9,905 nucleotides of DNA from a virus (taxonomy: Duplodnaviria; Heunggongvirae; Uroviricota; Caudoviricetes), in the IMG/VR virus record IMGVR_UViG_2711768022_000003; one strand, 5' to 3'. Below the pieces are notes generated by a model. That model saw only the letters and a list, made by a program, of their open reading frames with translations. It made no database searches and was not told the DNA's origin. The position numbers were made by a program, and so were the translations under genes. This document shows positions 7,306-9,905 of the stretch, in pieces (positions within the stretch are counted from its first letter, which is position 1; every line of letters begins with the position of its first letter).

Positions 7306-7335
7306 AATATAGCCCCGGACAATGTGTCTGGTCAA
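7306..7335 (-). promoter_or_regulatory. Late promoter pR'-like (probable Q-utilisation region)
   Basis: Minus strand: -35 TTGACC (complement of 7330-7335) starts 5 nt after the Q stop; 18-bp spacer; -10 TATATT (complement of 7306-7311). Position immediately downstream of Q matches lambdoid pR'. Confidence 0.5.
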
Positions 7336-7339
7336 GCAC

Positions 7340-7726
7340 CTACATAATTCGTTCTACGTATCTGTCCATCTCCAGCCGGATATCAAGCATCATCAACATG
7401 CCATCAATAACCCCTTCCGCTTTCTGCAGGCGCTTGCCAATACAGGTATCCGAACACCCATGTTTCCGTGCCAGACTCATAAAAGTCATTCCACCTACGT
7501 AATAATCCACCAGCAAATCGTGCAAATCCTGATTTTTCTTGTTCAACCGGGCCATACAGCCACAAATTATCATTGCATCATCATCAGAACACTGAGGGCG
7601 TGATTTCACTTTCGACGGAATTAACCCTTTAAAACCAGCAGCGATCGACGCCCAGGATACATCTTCATGAGTGTTTGCAGCCCAAGCCCCCCACCGTTCC
7701 ATAACCTGCTGAATATCACGCGCCAT
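7340..7726 (-). CDS. Q: Late-gene antitermination protein Q (phage 82 / QuuD-type), 128 aa
   Basis: Start chosen at ATG 7724-7726 (AGGTGA 5 nt upstream) rather than the upstream ATG at 7745-7747. Translation [61 protein letters not shown] ... [23 protein letters not shown] resembles DLP12 QuuD as recalled. Overlaps the rusA 3' end by 11 nt. Confidence 0.88.
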   Translation of the reverse strand: MARDIQQVMERWGAWAANTHEDVSWASIAAGFKGLIPSKVKSRPQCSDDDAMIICGCMARLNKKNQDLHDLLVDYYVGGMTFMSLARKHGCSDTCIGKRLQKAEGVIDGMLMMLDIRLEMDRYVERIM

Positions 7727-8087
7727 CGTTATCACCTGTGATTTCATAAATCTTCACGCCCAGTCGCCCACCAGGAACGAGCTGACCGCGCACAATATTG
7801 ATTTCATCAAACTGCTCGTCGTCTATGAGTAGTCCGGCATGCGTCAGCGCATCCAGTGGTGCTTTCAGGATATTGTCCAGGTCACGACGGCGCTTATCCG
7901 GTGGCTCTGCAATAATCTTTATCGCCAGCCTTCCGGACAGGTTTAATTTCAGCCGCTGCTGGCGAACAATTAGCGTCACATCACGGCGATAACGCTCACC
8001 AACTTTTGATACAAAATATGTGCTGCCACGACGTCGCCAGTAAGTATTCACCGTCGGCGGATAAGGTAAAATAAACTCATGGCGCAT
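7716..8087 (-). CDS. rusA: RusA Holliday-junction resolvase (123 aa)
   Basis: ATG at 8085-8087 with GGAGG upstream. Translation carries the RusA-type acidic catalytic cluster ([11 protein letters not shown] ... LLIDDEQ) and the expected length. Nin-region position upstream of Q. Confidence 0.88.
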   Translation of the reverse strand: MRHEFILPYPPTVNTYWRRRGSTYFVSKVGERYRRDVTLIVRQQRLKLNLSGRLAIKIIAEPPDKRRRDLDNILKAPLDALTHAGLLIDDEQFDEINIVRGQLVPGGRLGVKIYEITGDNDGA

Positions 8088-8344
8088 CAGCGCAGCACCT
8101 CCTGCACCATTTTTTCAAACTTTCCAACTTTGGTTTCCAGCTCTGCCACACAATCAACGAGCTCATCCACCGCTTTTTGTGCGCGATGTTTCGCCTGCAT
8201 CAGTTCCCTGAGCGCTGGCACCATATCCCGACGAATGGCATCTTTTGTTACACCTGTTTTTTCCAGTTGTTCCGCCTGTCGCAACATTTCCTGCGCGTGT
8301 TTACGCAATTGTTCAGAGGTAAAAGTCATTGTCTGGTTGTTCAA
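8087..8344 (-). CDS. Hypothetical small helical protein (85 aa from TTG, or 80 aa from ATG at 8327-8329)
   Basis: Minus ORF between helicase and rusA. TTG at 8342-8344 has GGAG 8 nt upstream and overlaps the helicase stop (TTGA). Stop overlaps the rusA ATG (ATGA). Translation (MNNQT)MTFTSEQLRKHAQEMLRQAEQLEKTG... is charged and helical-looking; no family recognised. Confidence 0.5.
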   Translation of the reverse strand: MNNQTMTFTSEQLRKHAQEMLRQAEQLEKTGVTKDAIRRDMVPALRELMQAKHRAQKAVDELVDCVAELETKVGKFEKMVQEVLR

Positions 8345-9732
8345 AAGAAACGCTCCATCTTACTGCTGTCGGTACGTGTATTGCTGTATCTGCGCGGCTG
8401 GGGCTGCCGCATTGGGGTGGAAAGAACCTGTGCGCTTTCCTGGTCCACAGGCAGAAAATGTCCGTTATAAAAACGCCGGTAAATCGTCCCCAGAGAACCG
8501 TTACGTTGTTTCGTGATATTAATTTCTGCTATGCCTGTAGCCTGTGTATCCGGGTTGTACACTTCATCCCTGTAAAGCATCAGAATGATGTCTGCATCCG
8601 CCTCTATTTCTCCGGAATTTTTCAGGTCTGAGTTCATGGGACGTTTATTGGGTCTGGACTCCACACCGCGGGAGAGCTGGCTCAGCGCAATCAACGGAAA
8701 ACCACCGGATTTTGCCAGGCCTTTAAGCCCCTTTGAGATTTCACCCACGGCAAGGTCATGACGCCCCGTGGTTCGGGTTTTTATCAGCCCGAGATAATCA
8801 ACCACCACCAGCGCCGTTTCCGGATGTTTAATCAGATGGTGTTTCGTTGTTGCGCATATCTCATCAATGGTCAGGTTCGCCTGGTCCACCATCCAGATAT
8901 TGCGCCCGGTCATCCGCCCCACCCCTTGTGAGAAACGCGCCCAGTCTTCATCTTCAAAGTGAGCCACAGATTTCAGGCGTGATACTGGCATCCCTCCAGC
9001 CGCAGACACCATACGTTCACCAATCTGGATGTTCGCCATCTCCATGGTGAACAGAAGCACACCATGCCCCTGCTCAGTCACCTTGTCGATGATGTCCAGC
9101 GCAAGTTCGGTTTTCCCCATCGAAGGACGGGCGGCAATGAATACCAGGTCTCCGGGCTCCATACCGCCTGTTTTTGCGTCCAGTTCATCAATACCGGTCA
9201 TCAACGTCCTGGATTTCTCCAGCCCCTGATTCCGGCATTCAACACGCTCAACCACTTCCGGAAGCACATCATCAATATGTACCGGCTGAATGACGCCCTT
9301 TCCTGTCGACAGTGTGACCATCATGTTCTGCGCATCCTTCAGGGCATCTTCAGCTGCTTCACAGGTATGCGCATCACGTAATTTCTGCAGCGCCTCATTC
9401 AGTGTTTTTTCTGCATCGCGCAGTGCGGCATTGCGCCGCAACGCTGCAACATAGTGCTCCAGTGAAGACTTCACCCAGGTTTTACGCCCGGTATCAGTAA
9501 TCACCGGGGCAAGTTCCGGCATCTCATTACACAACAGCACGGGGTCAATCACTCCTGAAACACGGGCCTGTCTGCAGATGCCTGTGTAGATATCCCGATA
9601 CGCTCGTACAGAAAAAATGTCCGCCGGTAGTGTGATCAGAATATCCATCACTTCATGATCTGCCCCACGCAGAAAGAATGCGCCAATGACAGCGCCTTCC
9701 AGGTCATCATTACGCCAGACTGGTGTTGTCAT
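8341..9732 (-). CDS. Replicative DNA helicase, DnaB family (463 aa)
   Basis: Start set at ATG 9730-9732 (GAGGTG 7 nt upstream); the ORF-track start at 9873 is GTG. Walker A motif (AARPSMGKTELAL) and DnaB C-terminal domain features (VVVDYLGLI, PLIALSQLSRGVESRPNKRPMNSDL, DADIILMLYRDEVY). Confidence 0.9.
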   Translation of the reverse strand: MTTPVWRNDDLEGAVIGAFFLRGADHEVMDILITLPADIFSVRAYRDIYTGICRQARVSGVIDPVLLCNEMPELAPVITDTGRKTWVKSSLEHYVAALRRNAALRDAEKTLNEALQKLRDAHTCEAAEDALKDAQNMMVTLSTGKGVIQPVHIDDVLPEVVERVECRNQGLEKSRTLMTGIDELDAKTGGMEPGDLVFIAARPSMGKTELALDIIDKVTEQGHGVLLFTMEMANIQIGERMVSAAGGMPVSRLKSVAHFEDEDWARFSQGVGRMTGRNIWMVDQANLTIDEICATTKHHLIKHPETALVVVDYLGLIKTRTTGRHDLAVGEISKGLKGLAKSGGFPLIALSQLSRGVESRPNKRPMNSDLKNSGEIEADADIILMLYRDEVYNPDTQATGIAEINITKQRNGSLGTIYRRFYNGHFLPVDQESAQVLSTPMRQPQPRRYSNTRTDSSKMERFF

Positions 9733-9905
9733 GCAGCCACACCTCTGATACAAGAACGGTAGCTGGGCCAGTTGAACGACAACCAGTTGCGCCCCCCGTC
9801 TGTGATCCTGTCGGCAATGCGGGGGCTGATGAACGCTGGATTTGCCCCTATATTTCCAGACACCTGTTATCACTTAACCCATTACTGGCTTGCTGCCGTA
9901 GATAT

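Noticed and set aside
7727-7747. Longer Q starting at ATG 7745-7747 (135 aa)
   Set aside because: No SD in front of it, whereas the ATG at 7724-7726 has AGGTGA 5 nt upstream and matches the recalled QuuD N-terminus.
7203-9381. Plus-strand ORFs antisense to Q, rusA and helicase (e.g. 7203-7502, 7322-7603, 8079-8516, 8329-8631, 9064-9381)
   Set aside because: Same reasoning: shadow ORFs opposite conserved genes.
9733-9873. N-terminal extension of the helicase ORF to 9873, and a possible upstream replication-initiator gene end
   Set aside because: The 9873 start is GTG, while the ATG at 9730-9732 has a good SD. All three minus frames have stops between 9848 and 9876, so an upstream gene would contribute under 60 nt to the window and cannot be identified.

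Overview
This window reads as one contiguous piece of a lambdoid prophage or phage genome from an E. coli-like enterobacterium, with every recognisable gene on the minus strand. In phage transcription order (high to low coordinate): DnaB-type replicative helicase, a small helical ORF, RusA resolvase, Q antiterminator, a pR'/tR'-like late promoter and terminator, a single-gene ORF6N-domain moron with its own promoter and terminator, a tight array of four tRNAs (Ile2-CAU, Arg-UCU, Thr-UGU, Gly-UCC), a ~600 nt tract with no convincing gene, a phage-21-type lysis cassette (dual-start pinholin, SAR endolysin, Rz/Rz1) interrupted by a 390-nt run of N (4421-4810), an HNH endonuclease, a putative cos region, terS, terL, a small membrane ORF and an HK97-family portal. 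The most interesting part is the accessory stretch between Q and the lysis genes (about 5180-7100): the moron, the rare-codon tRNA array and a candidate plus-strand antisense small RNA unit just upstream of the holin. All homology statements come from reading the translations and from memory of well-known phage proteins (lambda Rz/Rz1, phage 21 S21/R21, DLP12 QuuD/EssD, RusA); no database search was run. Promoter, terminator, cos and sRNA calls are motif-based predictions only. Several ORF-track entries use GTG/TTG starts or run through the N gap and were trimmed or rejected.
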